From: Marsupella aquatica
Taxonomy: Eukaryota; Plantae; Marchantiophyta
NCBI GenBank assembly: GCA_973895155.1
Contig: OZ316897.1
Coordinates: forward strand, 1 to 64,000
DNA: 64,000 bases
Direction: 5' to 3'
Shown: in pieces, positions 38,619 through 50,740 of the stretch
Layout of the letters: the number at the start of each line of letters is the position of its first letter
Position numbering within the stretch: the first letter of the stretch is position 1
The notes under the pieces: generated by a model
Told to the model about the DNA's origin: nothing
The model's input: the letters and a program-made list of their open reading frames with translations, nothing else
Databases searched by the model: none
Program-made: the position numbers and the translations under genes

Positions 38619-39250
38619 TATATCACAACTGTACAGAGTGAATTAGTTCTAATCAGGAAGCCTGGTCTTCTTTAATTTGTATCTCATTTCCCACGTCCAA
38701 AATTGAATGGTGACACATTTGATGCTAACGGAGTTTAAAGGTTTCAACATGAAAGCTATGGGAGTCTACAGTTTAACCAGAAATGTTGTGGGAGTCCATA
38801 TGCTGAAACTTGGAGACATACCATGCATCGCATGTGAGACACAGCCTTTACATAAGAGTCTTGTATGGTGGGTTGGACAGTGAAGGCAATTTGGGTCCTA
38901 GGAGTGTCTGAATGGAGTTGCGACACAGATGGAGGTGAGTAGCAAGGCATGAATACCGCGACCATGGATGTTGTACAGAAGAGAAGCTCCATCACTGCAC
39001 ACTTGGCCTGAAACCACGCCACGCCACTGCCACCAGTAAGCATAAAAAACGCAACCATTCGGAAACGCCTTCGCTCAAAGACTGCATCCGACAATGACTC
39101 TAATCCATCACTTGTTGCAATTATTGACGACGTCAGTACGCCATCCAAGCGACCCAAGATTCAAGATGCAGATTGAAGGGAATTTGGAGGTGGCGAGCAC
39201 AGTCAAGGACCAGATTGAAGGCCAGCAACAAGAATTCTCGAAGGCCAATG

Positions 39251-42200
39251 TGTGATGCCTAGACAGGAATCACTCGGCCGGTTAAGTGGGTAAAGCAGGA
39301 AGGCACCCTAGGAACACCTTAGTATAGGGACAAAACAAGGAAAATATAAACAATTAGGGGCAACCATGGAACCCGGGCAGAGGCCGGAGGTAAGGCTGAG
39401 GGTGAAAACCCGATTAGGGTTAGGGCGCGTTAAGCATCGGCGGCTAGGAAGGATCAACGGGAAGAAGGACCGGCAGAGGAGAGGGGTAAGGAGCGCTTGC
39501 AGGAGATGGTGGCTCATTTGCGAGCACGAACTAGGCAGACGACTACGGGAGGCCAACTACTGTCAGCTGCTTAGGCAAGCACTCGGGGAGAGAGTAGATA
39601 CCGACGATCGACCTAAGGAGGGTATGAGCAACGTCAATCAAGCGGCACATTTCTGGGGATGCCTGTTTGAACGGGCAACTGAGTACATCAAGACTTACGA
39701 GGACGAGGAGTCAGAAAGGGCAGCTCGAGAACGGCAGGAGCTCGCTCGATTGTGGGAGCTGCACAAGACGGCTTTCTTAGGAGGCGAACTCATCAAGGAC
39801 GAGTTCCTGTGGACGCCTACTTCCAATCAACTCGACAATCTTCTGTTTTGCAAAGACAGCGTCGTCGGCATCCGAGAGGCCATCAAGAACTGCAACGACA
39901 TACATTGGGAATTAAAGGGTAGCACGGAAAGGTGGACCCAGGCAACGGTGCTAGGAGAAACCTCCACGGCAGCAGAGATGAAGAGGAAGGGGGCCGTCAA
40001 CGATGAAGCCACCCCGGCAAAAAGAACGAGGTCGGCGGCACCAAAGAGGCCAGCCGAGCAGCAGAGCAGGAGGCAGGGAGAAGCCGAAGAGGAGGAGGTC
40101 GATCCCATCAAGGCCATTCCAACCAGGGATGACACCTGGAAGGGCTGGGCGGCAACCCTACCGGTGGAGGTGCAACTACATTTTGCACGGGAGGAGGATG
40201 CATGCTTTACGGCCATGCAGACCAAGAAGTACCAAGGCTTCATGGCCGGATCCGGCTTGGAGGCTTTTGTAAGATTACCATGGCTGAAGCCGGAGGTACC
40301 GGAGTCAGACCTATTAGAATTCGTGGGGTCATGGGAACCCGAGACCAATTGCACGAGGATATATGGGAAGGATTTCTATCTTACTCCCAAGGTAATTGCC
40401 GAAGTGTTTGGCTTGCCGATAGGCAATAAGACCAAAGTTGATACCAGGAAGACCCTGCCTGACAAGGAGTTCCGGTCGTTCCCCGGGCCATCAACGAAGA
40501 ATGGCTTCTTCCGGAACACCTGCACCAACCCGCACATAGGAGAGATGATCGACTTCTTGCGGGTGACCATGCATTGTAACTTGCCGAGGGCAGAGATCGG
40601 CAAGGCACAGGTCTATCTGGCAGAAAGGCCAGACCCAAGCCGGGACTACAACGGGTACCTCCTCAACCAATTGAAGAAGATCTTAAAGGAGGAGCAGCAG
40701 GTAATCGGCATGGGGAGCGTGTCGCGGCTTGGCTATCACATGCCGCTGTTGTGCCGGTATGCCAGAGGTCAGACTTTTGCCCCGGTACTTCCCCTGCAGG
40801 TAAGGGCAAACGAGGAAGCCTCAACCACCTGTTAGTCCTACGATCGAGCAGGTGTTTAGGCCAGGAAGGAAGACTTGCCGATGCAGCAACCAGGCATGCA
40901 GAGTCTGCTGAAACTACTGGAGAAAGAAAAGAAATTGGCATCGGCAACAACAACGGCAACGGCAACAATGCAGGACACTACTACAGAGGTAGGCCTACAC
41001 CGGCTCACAAGAGAAAACCCCTTTGCTGGAGACAAGGAGAGAATCAGGCCGGAATCCAAGCCAGGTGTTCGAATGTACGTGGGAACCTCAAGCTCCGAAT
41101 CTGAGGCAGAATTGCCTGAAGCTCCTACCGACGAAGAGGAGAGGGAGAAGCCGGACGTCCAAGAGGTAGAGGAGGCAGTGGAGGACTGCAGCCATGATCA
41201 TTCCGGCTATGGGTCGGACCATCACGTTCCAGGAGTAAGGACCTGTGGCCGGTTTGTCCCCACACTTCCAAGGGTAGTGCGAGGGGACCCCAACCAGCAG
41301 AGTAGCCCTGAGTCTCCCCCACCAGATGTTGCTCCCCCGAGCTTCGACGGCATAAAACAGACGGTGCAGGAATTTCAGGAGCGAATCAAGCAGGAGGAAG
41401 AGGCCGCCCTGGCTAAGGAAAAGGATTTACCAGGAGGAGATTGGCCGGAGGACATCAGGCGGCTAGCCGAAAAAGGAAGCAAACCTCTAGCCACGATTGA
41501 AGAGATCCGCAGGACGGCTTGGGAGTAGAGGCCACGATGGGCGATGCCGATCACTTCTACTTACTCCACCTATGCTAAGAATAGAGCCATGGAGTATGGT
41601 GAGATGTGTGGGGAACTTGCGCTCGGCATCTTTGGAGAGGAGTTGGAGGTAGGACCCTTTTTCCATAGGGAGCAGTTGGAGAAGCACCAATTAGAAGAAG
41701 CGGTGGCTTTAGAGAGAAGCAAGAAGGACGAGGTCATTCGGCGGCTTAGGAGGATGGAAGCCGAGATTGAAGATCTAAGGGCGGCCAAGAAAGCCCAAGA
41801 TGAACTGCGGATTAAACGACATGAGCTGAACATCATGCAGGGGCAGTTGGACACCGCGCAGGCTGATAATCAGAATATCAAGGATAAACTGACTCAGACG
41901 CAGGAAGAGTTGGCTGACACAATCAAAGAGAGGGAGAAGTGGAAGCAAGAGCTGAAGAATACAGAGGAGGCCCACATAACAGCCAACAGCCGGGCCATGG
42001 CGGAGACCCAAAGAAAGGAATGGGCGTTGAAAGGGGAGCTCGAGAAAATCCGCGGAGCCCTTGAGCAGAAGGAGGTCGAGTTAGGGAAATCCTATCAAGG
42101 GATTATGGCGCTGCAGCAGGAGCTTGCGTCCCTGACGGCCAGCTTCAAGACCGACCTAAGGGAGAAGGACGAGATGCTCGAACAGACTTACGCCAAGATG

Positions 42201-43856
42201 AACCAGATGGAGTCTGTCATCATTGCAGAGCTCGACAAGGAGCTAAGAGCAACCCAGGAGGAGAGGGCTACCTTGAAGAAGGAATTGGAGGAAGCCCATA
42301 GGGAGCAGGAGGAGGCCAAAAACGAGCTGGAGGGGGCACGTAAGGACCTGGATGAAACCCAAGAGGAGTTGGAGGAAATCACGAGGAAGATGGAGAACCT
42401 ACAGCGGCGGGCCGACAACCAAACAGAGCGGCTGAAGAAACAAGCCGCAGTATTTAAATGCTTAGCTGCAGCAGGTCCATCTCCCGTTGGGACAAACCAG
42501 TTACCAGGGGTGGTAATTGCCGAAGGACAAGCCGCGCCAACTGCACCAGTGCCGGAAGTAAGTGGGAAGGGGAAGGGACCAGCTGCCGAGCCACCAACGA
42601 AGAAGAAGCGGAGACCTTCAGGGTCAAGGAGTAATACGACTTCACAGGCCGTGGTGATCAAGGAGGTAGACCCAGCACCGACCCCAGACAGGGTCACGGC
42701 TAAGGATCCAACTACCCTAGGGGAAGGGGAGGCCGAAGCCGAGGGAGTGGCTGAAGCCGAAGCCGTGGGTATTGCCGAGGCCGGTGTCGAGGCTGAAGCC
42801 GAAGGTGGACCCAGTCAGGCCGATGGAGAGTTGACTCAGTCAAGGGCAGGTAATCTGTCAGAGAATGAACCTACGGCAGTGGCTGAGGAGGAAGCGTTGG
42901 GGGCGTCCATTAAGGATCCACCACCGGTGTCGTGACGGTGCAAGGGCGCCGTTCCTTTTAGGGAGGGCGGACGTGGAGGGAGGAGGCGTGAGTGGGCAGG
43001 GCGGGCGCGGATCTCCACGTTTAGGATTAGGATCAGAACCAGGAGCGGCCCTGACACTTAGCTTAGTGGGATTGCGGTCCCACTGGTAGGAGCAACACTT
43101 GTGCTCCTGCCTTGCTGTACATAGGTAGATTCGGGCAAGTAGATTACTGTTAAGTAGATTAGGCTTACGATGCAAAGAATGGCGGATCCACTACCAGGAT
43201 AAGTACCTGGGCAGCGGGGAGCTCAGGGCCTCTTCTTTAGCAAGTTTTTAGTTTGCACCAGCCGGGCTGGGATCAAGTAGTACGAGAAGCTCTCGGTTAG
43301 TCATACAGTGACCCTTGTGTATATTCATGTTTCCTCATGCCTAAGAGCTGAATAGAGTTGGCCTCACGGCTTAGTTCGCAGAACTTGTGTATGAGATGTA
43401 CTGTTTGTATGGCAAGTGCATGGTATGACTCAGTCAGAATGAGTCATTTTGCTATTTGTGTGTCGCATTAACTTGTGTGAAGAGTGCCCACATCAACAGA
43501 AGGAAGGAAAGTAAGCAGGGGAGTGAGAGTTGGATGTGTCGAGCTGAGAGAGGTCTTAGCGGCTTAACCAAGCCTATTGGGGATCATTCTGGCGGCGGAA
43601 TCCAAACATACCTAACAAGACGGAGGGGAAGATAGGGGAAGACAGGGGAAGGCCTATATTAGGCCGGCTACGTATCTCATGACCCGATGAAGGATCTGTC
43701 CAGTATATGTGTGTAAAATGTTAATAGTAGTAGTAGAAAGTTAGCAGCGTCCCATGCCGCTAAGCCGTGGAAACGGCCTCGCCAAGCACGAAACCTGCGG
43801 GAATCGGCTTGAGCTGGGGGGTTTCTTGGGTTTAGGGAGCCATGGGACGCACCACA
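39251..43856 (+). mobile_element. Protein-coding solo-LTR-like element, member 1 (4606 bp) with 5-bp TSD CAATG
   Basis: The empty site GAAGGCCAATGCTTCCCGACC is seen in the other two unit copies. Here it reads CAATG(39246-39250)-TGTGATGC...GCACCACA-CAATG(43857-43861), giving 7/8-bp inverted termini with TG...CA ends. No internal long direct repeats noticed. Confidence 0.92.
39366..42935 (+). pseudogene. Element-encoded protein of about 1100-1190 aa, one frame interrupted by three TAG stops
   Basis: ORFs 39366-40835, 40875-41528 and 41544-42935 are all in one frame, with TAGs at 40833, 40857 and 41526. The homologous start is probably the ATG at 39624 (MSNVNQAAHFW). Core GLEAFVRLPW...EFVGSWEP...IYGKDFYLTPKVIAEVFGLP, then a long coiled coil and an acidic tail. 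Confidence 0.85.
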
Positions 43857-44511
43857 CAATGCTTCCCGACCAAAATACCGACCCAACAATAATGCAGAAG
43901 GGAATTTGAAGGTGACGAGCACATTAAAGAACCAGATTGAAGGCTGGTACAAGAATTCTAGAAGCATTGACCAAGCTTTGTTTCCTTTGTATTTCTCACG
44001 AACCCAAATTGAATGGTGACACTTTTGATGCTAATGGAGTCCAATGGTTTCAACATGAATGTTATAGCTGCAAAAGACTTTTATTGGAAATGTTATGGGA
44101 GTGCGGGACTACAAGTGAGTCACAATGAATGCTAGTGGTGTATGAACACTTAAAAATTAATGTTATGGGAGCCTACGATAACCACCCGTAAGTCACCCTA
44201 ATCAATACTAGCGGAGTTTGAAGGTTTTGATAATAATGTTGTGAGAGTCCAAATGTTGAAACGTTGAGACCGTGCACTGCATGTAGGAGACCATGCACCG
44301 CGCTCCCTAAATACCCTGAAATGGCCTGAAGACCGGCCTCATTGCACGCGCTGTGCAGAGAAGATATATACAGGCTGCACGAAAATGTATATATATGTAC
44401 AGGCCTCATAGCACGCGCTGTGCAGAGAAGATATATACAGCTCCCTAAATACCCTGAAATGGCCTGAAGACCGGTCTCATTGCACGCGCTGTGCAAAGAA
44501 GATATGTACAG

Positions 44512-45897
44512 AACCGAACAATACCCCGACCCTAACCTGCCTGCCTGCCACAGTGCACTATCTTAACCTTACCTATTATAATGGTTCTACCCTGGATCTA
44601 AACACTCACCAAAGCCCGGCGTGCCAATGAAGCAAAAACTTCGCCGCTTGAAGTAACGAATTCAATCAATTACTGCAGGCGACCTTTAGGCTTACGCTTC
44701 TACCTACTGTATAGCTTGAATGGGTGGGGTTGGCACATCACCGTGTAGAAGTAGGGTAGTTAGTGCCAGTGCCAGTGCCGCTCAACGACAAACACTGAGC
44801 TTGAAGGGTGTGGTGGCCGCATCACCGTGTAGTACTAGGGTACTTAATTATTAGTACAAGCGTCACTCAACAAGAAACACTCAGTCGCATATTCTGCTTG
44901 CAGCATGTCTCTCATACTCAGCTAGTTCAATGCTTTCATCAGGCGACGGGTATGAAACACTGTTCATTCGCACATTTCACTTTTCGGGCTATCAGCCGGC
45001 GAGGCAAGGCGGAGCTCGAGAGACACAATCGCTCTTACCCAGGTTTAGGGTTCAACCATCCTTTGGTTTCATTCTTTATTCACGCTATAACGATGGTGAA
45101 TCAGGCAAGACATTATTGGGGCTGAGTTCTTGAGTACGGGGGTATACTCGTAGCAACATACAAAGAGCAATAGCCAGAGCGAGCGGATGAAGAGAGATCT
45201 CATACAAAAGTTGTGGGAGCTCCTTGAGGTTGCATTCGTCGGCGGGGAATGCATTTCTGTGGATCTTTTATGGTCACCATCGGTTGATGAACTCAACCGC
45301 ATTTGGTTCGAGGGTTTAGGGTTTAGGAGGATCAGTTGTTGTCGGTAAGGCAAGCGATTGATAGGTGTCCAGACAACAGGTGGGTACTACCAGGCTGGAC
45401 GTTGAAGTGGACGCCAAAGGCTATGCTAGGTGAAGGGTCACGGCGAGGAAGCAACTTGGGGAAACAAGCTCTACTGGCAGCAAATGCATGCGGGAAGAAA
45501 CATGGAGAGGCAATCGTTGTGCCACCGACAAAAATAAAGAGGAGTGGAGCAGGTCGGGAGTCAACACGACCGGGACAAAACAGGACACCGACAGTGCCAC
45601 CAATGAGTCTAGGTCAGAATAGTGAGACTGGGGAAGAACCGGGAGGATTTGATGTTGCGGTCACCACATCGACGTCGAAGGATTGGAATTGGAAGGGTTG
45701 GGTTGACACGGGAGCGGAGGAACTTTGACTCAAATTTATTCGGGATGACAACGATGTATTCTGAGTCATAGTTTTGGGCAGGTATCCCAAATTCCTACAC
45801 GGGTTGAGGCTGGAGAAATTTTTCAGGTTACCCTCGACTGCCCAAGATATAACCCACAAAGAGATGATGAAGTTTGTAGCTAATTGGGATCCTGAGC
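44512..45897 (+). mobile_element. Truncated, degenerate member 3 of the same element family
   Basis: From 45093: MVNQARHYWG*...LWELLEVAFVGGECISVDLLWSPS...VRQAIDRCPDNRWVLPG...WKGWVDT...RYPKFLHGLRLEKFFRLP...MKFVANWDPE, matching element 1 (NQAAHFWG, LWELHKTAFLGGE, WKGWAAT, KYQGFMAGSGLEAFVRLPW, LEFVGSWEPE). The left boundary is approximate. Confidence 0.75.
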
Positions 45898-45902
45898 CTC
45901 AA

Positions 45903-46565
45903 TGGATGGGAGGGGCGGGGGGCTCCAAGATTCCCCACTGCAGCCTCCCATGGGAGTCTGGGCTGTCTCTGCGGCGGATGTCGGAGGAAAGAACAAAAGA
46001 AGGCTCCAAGAGTGATGGTTTTCTAGAGTCAAAAAGTCCGTAATCCTCAATCATCCAGCATACTATCAGATTATCGTCAAATGATTCCTTTGGCCTATCT
46101 GCCTGTCCAATGCCGCAACTCAATCCCACTTCCGTTTCTCTCTCTCACCCTCTCTCTCTTCAAAATTTGACAAAAATCAACAACTTTACTAAAAAAGAAT
46201 GCAAAGCGTCCGAATACAAAAAGTAACAGTCCCACCAAATTGAAGGAAATCTATTTCTTTGGGCAGTGAGTCACGTTGCCCTTTGGGCAGCTTGAAACCT
46301 TGATTAGAAATTTTGTCTGTAGCTCAACTCCCAATGTGATCGAGCATTAAAATGAAGCATTATAATAACTAAAATGGCAACTGCCCCTACATCACCGATG
46401 CCTTGGAACTAGTGTAGAATGAGGCATTGGCAGCTAGCTCTGCGAGTTGCCCTTTCCCTCATACGATGGGCTGGATGTCACAACTCCAAGGTTTCAGTCA
46501 GAGGCACAGATGAGACCCGGTCATCGTCCGCAATTGGCAAAATATCTCATGCCACCAAGCCTTGC
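45903..46565 (+). repeat. Dispersed duplication of about 0.6 kb, copy 1
   Basis: Matches 49441-50016 (TGGATGGGAGGGGCGGGGGGCTCCAAG...GCCACCAAGCCTTGC) with indels. Confidence 0.9.
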
Positions 46566-49440
46566 ACGTGCAGTGAGGAGAAGATGTGTACAGACCGGTC
46601 TCATTGCACGCGCTGTGCAGAGAAGATATGTACAGAAAAAGGATATGGTCATTTTATTGGTTATAAGGGAAGACTTGAGAATTTTTGTAGAAGAACAATA
46701 GGGTCTTTTGAATCCAAATTTTGGAATATTCCATCTTTATAGGGGTTAATTTTTTTTAAAACTTTCATTTTAGGGGGTCCAAGGCCTAAAAATGTCGCAG
46801 GTGATGGGGAGGTCCGCATATAGTGAGACCCCCAAGGCTGTGCAGAGAAGATATGTACAAATTGCCTCAACAATTTAAATTAAGAGGACTTGTGATGTTA
46901 GACACGCCCATGGAGGAGTTGTGAAGTGAAGGTGGGCAAAAGGAGAGCAAAGGAGAGCAAAAGGGTGAAATAAGGGAAGAAGACACACAGGGTGGGGTAT
47001 GATGGCCATGGAGTCAGTCATGGGTGGAGGTGTGGGCAGTTCATGGGGCAGTTAGGCGCTGCCACGGTCTGGCCAATGTGGAGAGGGCTAGGAAAGGAAG
47101 GGGAGAGGGAGAAAGGGTAGGACAGGTATTTAAGAGGGATTGAAGTGAGTCAAGAGGGGCCAAGACTGATAAATAACCACCATTGGCCTCCATACATGCA
47201 ACAACCAACCAAGCTTCCTTCCCCAAAGGAAGAAAAGCCCCACCACACAATCACCAACCAAAAAACAAATATGACCTCTTAAAAAACACAAAATGGCAAC
47301 AAACGTTCCAAAAACTGTCTCCCCACCTCCTAAAAAACATTAATATGGAAAGAGGGAAAACCTTTCCAAAAATGAAAAAAATTACCTCACTTTGGTCATC
47401 CGCCTTTCTCCATCCCTAGCCATCATGCTATACCTATCTGATTAAGTGTAGGCTGTACCTATATAACTTGCACATCCTGTACCACTATCAAATGTACTAA
47501 CTGTCTACTCTTGAGACACGTACTCTTAATAAACATTTGCAAACCCTAAAATAGCTTGCCCCCATTTTCACATAATTCACTCTATCAAATGGACTCATAT
47601 GAAATCTACTAGCTACACTTGAGCCACATACTCTTATACATTTGCTTTAGTTTATAGCCTGCCCCATTTTCAGATAATTCACTCTATCAAATGGACTCAT
47701 ATGAATTGTACTCATTACACTTGAGAGGCCTCCGCATACTTAGAAATGGACTCATATGAATTGTAGAGAACAAATGAGAAGGATATCATGGATTCACTCC
47801 AAAAAGCTAGTTTGTATATGGACCACATAGTACTCTTTTTGGCTGGATTGAATATTATAGAGGTTAAGATAAGATTAAGAATCTGAGAGAATAAATTTGG
47901 AAACCTATGATGGATTCCCTCCAAAAGCTAGACTGTAAACAAAGGAGTAACTGTCTTTGTTTTGGCAGCATTGGAAATTATTGTGGTTGATCTATGTTTG
48001 GTTAGACTAAAGGCCCAAATAATTGTCCTACCAACTAAGCCTAGGAAAAGCATACACTGGGACAGCGTTATAAGACTTCTCCTCTCTAACTTATGAATTC
48101 CTGGTATTTGAGAAATAATTGGCCGTGGTAGGTGTGAACTTTGAGTCGCCACCCGAGTCGCCACCTTCCCCATCTAAGGAAAATACAACTCAAGTTGAAA
48201 AACATCAAGAAAATGATGGTCCACATTGATTTCTCTTTGTAAGTTTTCGCACCTGCAATTGATCTGAAGCCAATCAAGAATGCGTTCTTGACTTTTCGGC
48301 GATGGGAAGTCTTCCTAAAGAAGTTTGTACAGAAATATGTACCAATGAGAGAGAAGCGGAATTGATGCTCAGTCCAATAAATATAGTGAAAATAATCCCA
48401 CGAATGATTACGGGCTAGTATTCGCACTGCTCTTGCCATCAAACCTGTGGGATATATATCATTGCTTCTTGTTCGGTGCTCCGTGAGATATCATGTACAA
48501 CTCGACTCCCAATGTCGATGCTCTTTGAGAACCAATTTGGATTTCCATTAGACCTCCGCAGCTTCTTGCTGGCTAGTGAAGACCGCGAAGTTACAATGCA
48601 ATTATTGTACGTAGAGCCTTAAGATTGTCATGGCTGAAGTTTCCAGACTTTAAAACGGTATGTTCCACTCCCCAGATAAGCTTCTCTAGCTGCTTTACTT
48701 TGTTGGTTTGGTGACCATCGACAACAAGATGTGAGCAATCTGACGTTTTGCACCTCCATCATTAAGTTAGAAGACAATTGCTTGCGTTTCCTCTGATAGT
48801 CGTTCAATTTGTAAGTAGCTCCTCCCATGAGTAGCGAACTACCTACCCTCAAGGTATCCCAAAAATGTAACTCTGACTCTTAGGTAGTCCATCCAATCAT
48901 GTAAGGCTACCAGTAAACAAGACTTCAATTATTCTCTTGGGAGCGTTTAGGGTGCCATCCGATCCAGCCACCGACCTTGTTACCTCGCATGACGAAACCT
49001 ACAAGCTCGCAACCCCGATCCACATGGCTGCGGAGTCCGATTTCAGTTGAAGATTTCATTCCGATTTCATTCCGAGGTGATCTAAAGAAATCTGTGATAA
49101 TTGGCTTCACCGGCATAAAATAGTCATAGAGAGGCTAGATCGAACGTCCTTATGGCTAAGTTCAATGGCGCAGCGTAAGCAAGTCTGTCAAAAGTGTCCA
49201 CTGATTCATCCAGTACGTGTAGCTCGTCAATTAATGTCTGCGTAATTAAAATCTACAACTGAATTTTTTTTGAAAATGGTTGTTTTGAAGTACTTCCAAC
49301 TCTTTATGTATTATAATACAAGAAATGTATTATAAACTCATGCTCCCAAATCCGAGTCCCAAATCCCAAGGGTCTGGCCCAGGTCTCTCCTCCAACTCAA
49401 CCCCAAAAGTAGATTATCTGGGACACTGGGATCGCCTCGG

Positions 49441-50016
49441 TGGATGGGAGGGGCGGGGGGCTCCAAGATTCCCCACTACAGCCTCCCATGGGAGTCTGGG
49501 CTGTCTCTGGGGCGGATGTCGGAGGAAAGAACAAAAGAAGGCTCCAAGAGTGATGGTTTTCTAGAGTCAGAAAGTCCGTAGCCCTCCTCAATCAGCCAGC
49601 ATACTGTCAGATTATGCCTATCTGCCTGTCCAGTGCTGCAACTCAATCCCATGTCCATTTCTCTCTCTCACCCTCTCTCTCTTCAAAATTTGACAAAAAT
49701 CAACAACTTTACTAAAAAAAGGATGCAAAGCGTCCGAATACAAAAAGTAACAGTTCGACCAAATTGATCTGTAGCTCAACTCCCAATGTGATCGAGCATT
49801 ACAATTGAGCATTGCAATAACTAAAATGGCAACTCCCCCTGCATCACCGATGCCTTGGAACTAGTGCAGAATGAGGCATTGGCAGCTAGCTCTGCGAGTT
49901 GCCCTTTCCCTCATACGATGGGCTGGATGTCACGACTCCAAGGTTTCAGTCAGAGGCACAGATGAGACCCGGTCATCGTCCGCAATTGGCAAAATATCTC
50001 ATGCCACCAAGCCTTG
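49441..50016 (+). repeat. Dispersed duplication of about 0.6 kb, copy 2
   Basis: Matches 45903-46565. Confidence 0.9.
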
Positions 50017-50375
50017 CGCCACCCAGAGCTAGAACCAACCCGAAATAGAGACGGTACGTATATAGTGGGACTCAATAGAGCTCGATCTTACTTAGAATAT
50101 CCAGAATCATCTCCACCATTACCTCCCTCTACGTGGCATACCTTATTCAAGCTCCTCTAACCGATCCAGGACTATGACCTTCAAATTTGTCACTTTGAGA
50201 AAGCAGCAACTGGCAATATATAGGTGTTTGCAGCAACTTTGATATCTGTGGGGGCTGATCAGAGAGAAACCAAGTCGGAGCACATTTGTACAAGACCGCG
50301 CGAGGGGGGCGGAGTCTAGACTGGTCACAAGATCGACAACGAATTTCCAGGAGGTAAGTACACCATGTCGCAAAT

Positions 50376-50740
50376 TGTTCATCTTCAAATTCTTCATTGT
50401 TCCCTTCAGCTCTTTGTTGGCCGCTTTCATGGCAGACATAGTCTGCTGAGCATCCTTAATGCCTTCGGTGGCAAAGGAAAATTGCTCTAGACTGAATGTT
50501 TGATTATACATTTGATCCCGCTGCCCTTCAAACATCTTCTTCTGCTTCAGAATGAGCCTTGATGGCCTCTTGTGCGGGAACAGGACTTGTTCGCTTGATC
50601 TGCTCTCGGTATTTGACCAGTTCTACGTCTAATTTCTTGATCTTTTCATAGATATTATCACCCCTTTTATTGATACGCTCGGCCGCCTCCTCCACAGACA
50701 GAAGGAGCTGTTTCCTTCTTTACTCCAAAATGCGCCTCAT
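50376..50740 (-). pseudogene. VPS60: VPS60/CHMP5 (Snf7-family ESCRT-III) 5' fragment, intronless and frameshifted
   Basis: Reconstructed MRRIFGVKKE...SVEEAAERINKRGDNIYEKIKKLDVELVKYREQIKR...MFEGQRDQMYNQTFSLEQFSFATEGIKDAQQTMSAMKAANKELKGTMK. Confidence 0.88.

Noticed and set aside
41544-42935. Host SMC- or myosin-like coiled-coil gene
   Set aside because: Lies inside the TSD-bounded element and is in frame with the upstream element ORFs.
39251-43856. Autonomous LTR retrotransposon or cut-and-paste DNA transposon
   Set aside because: No paired LTRs and no RT, RNase H, integrase or DDE motifs seen. The inverted termini are only about 8 bp.
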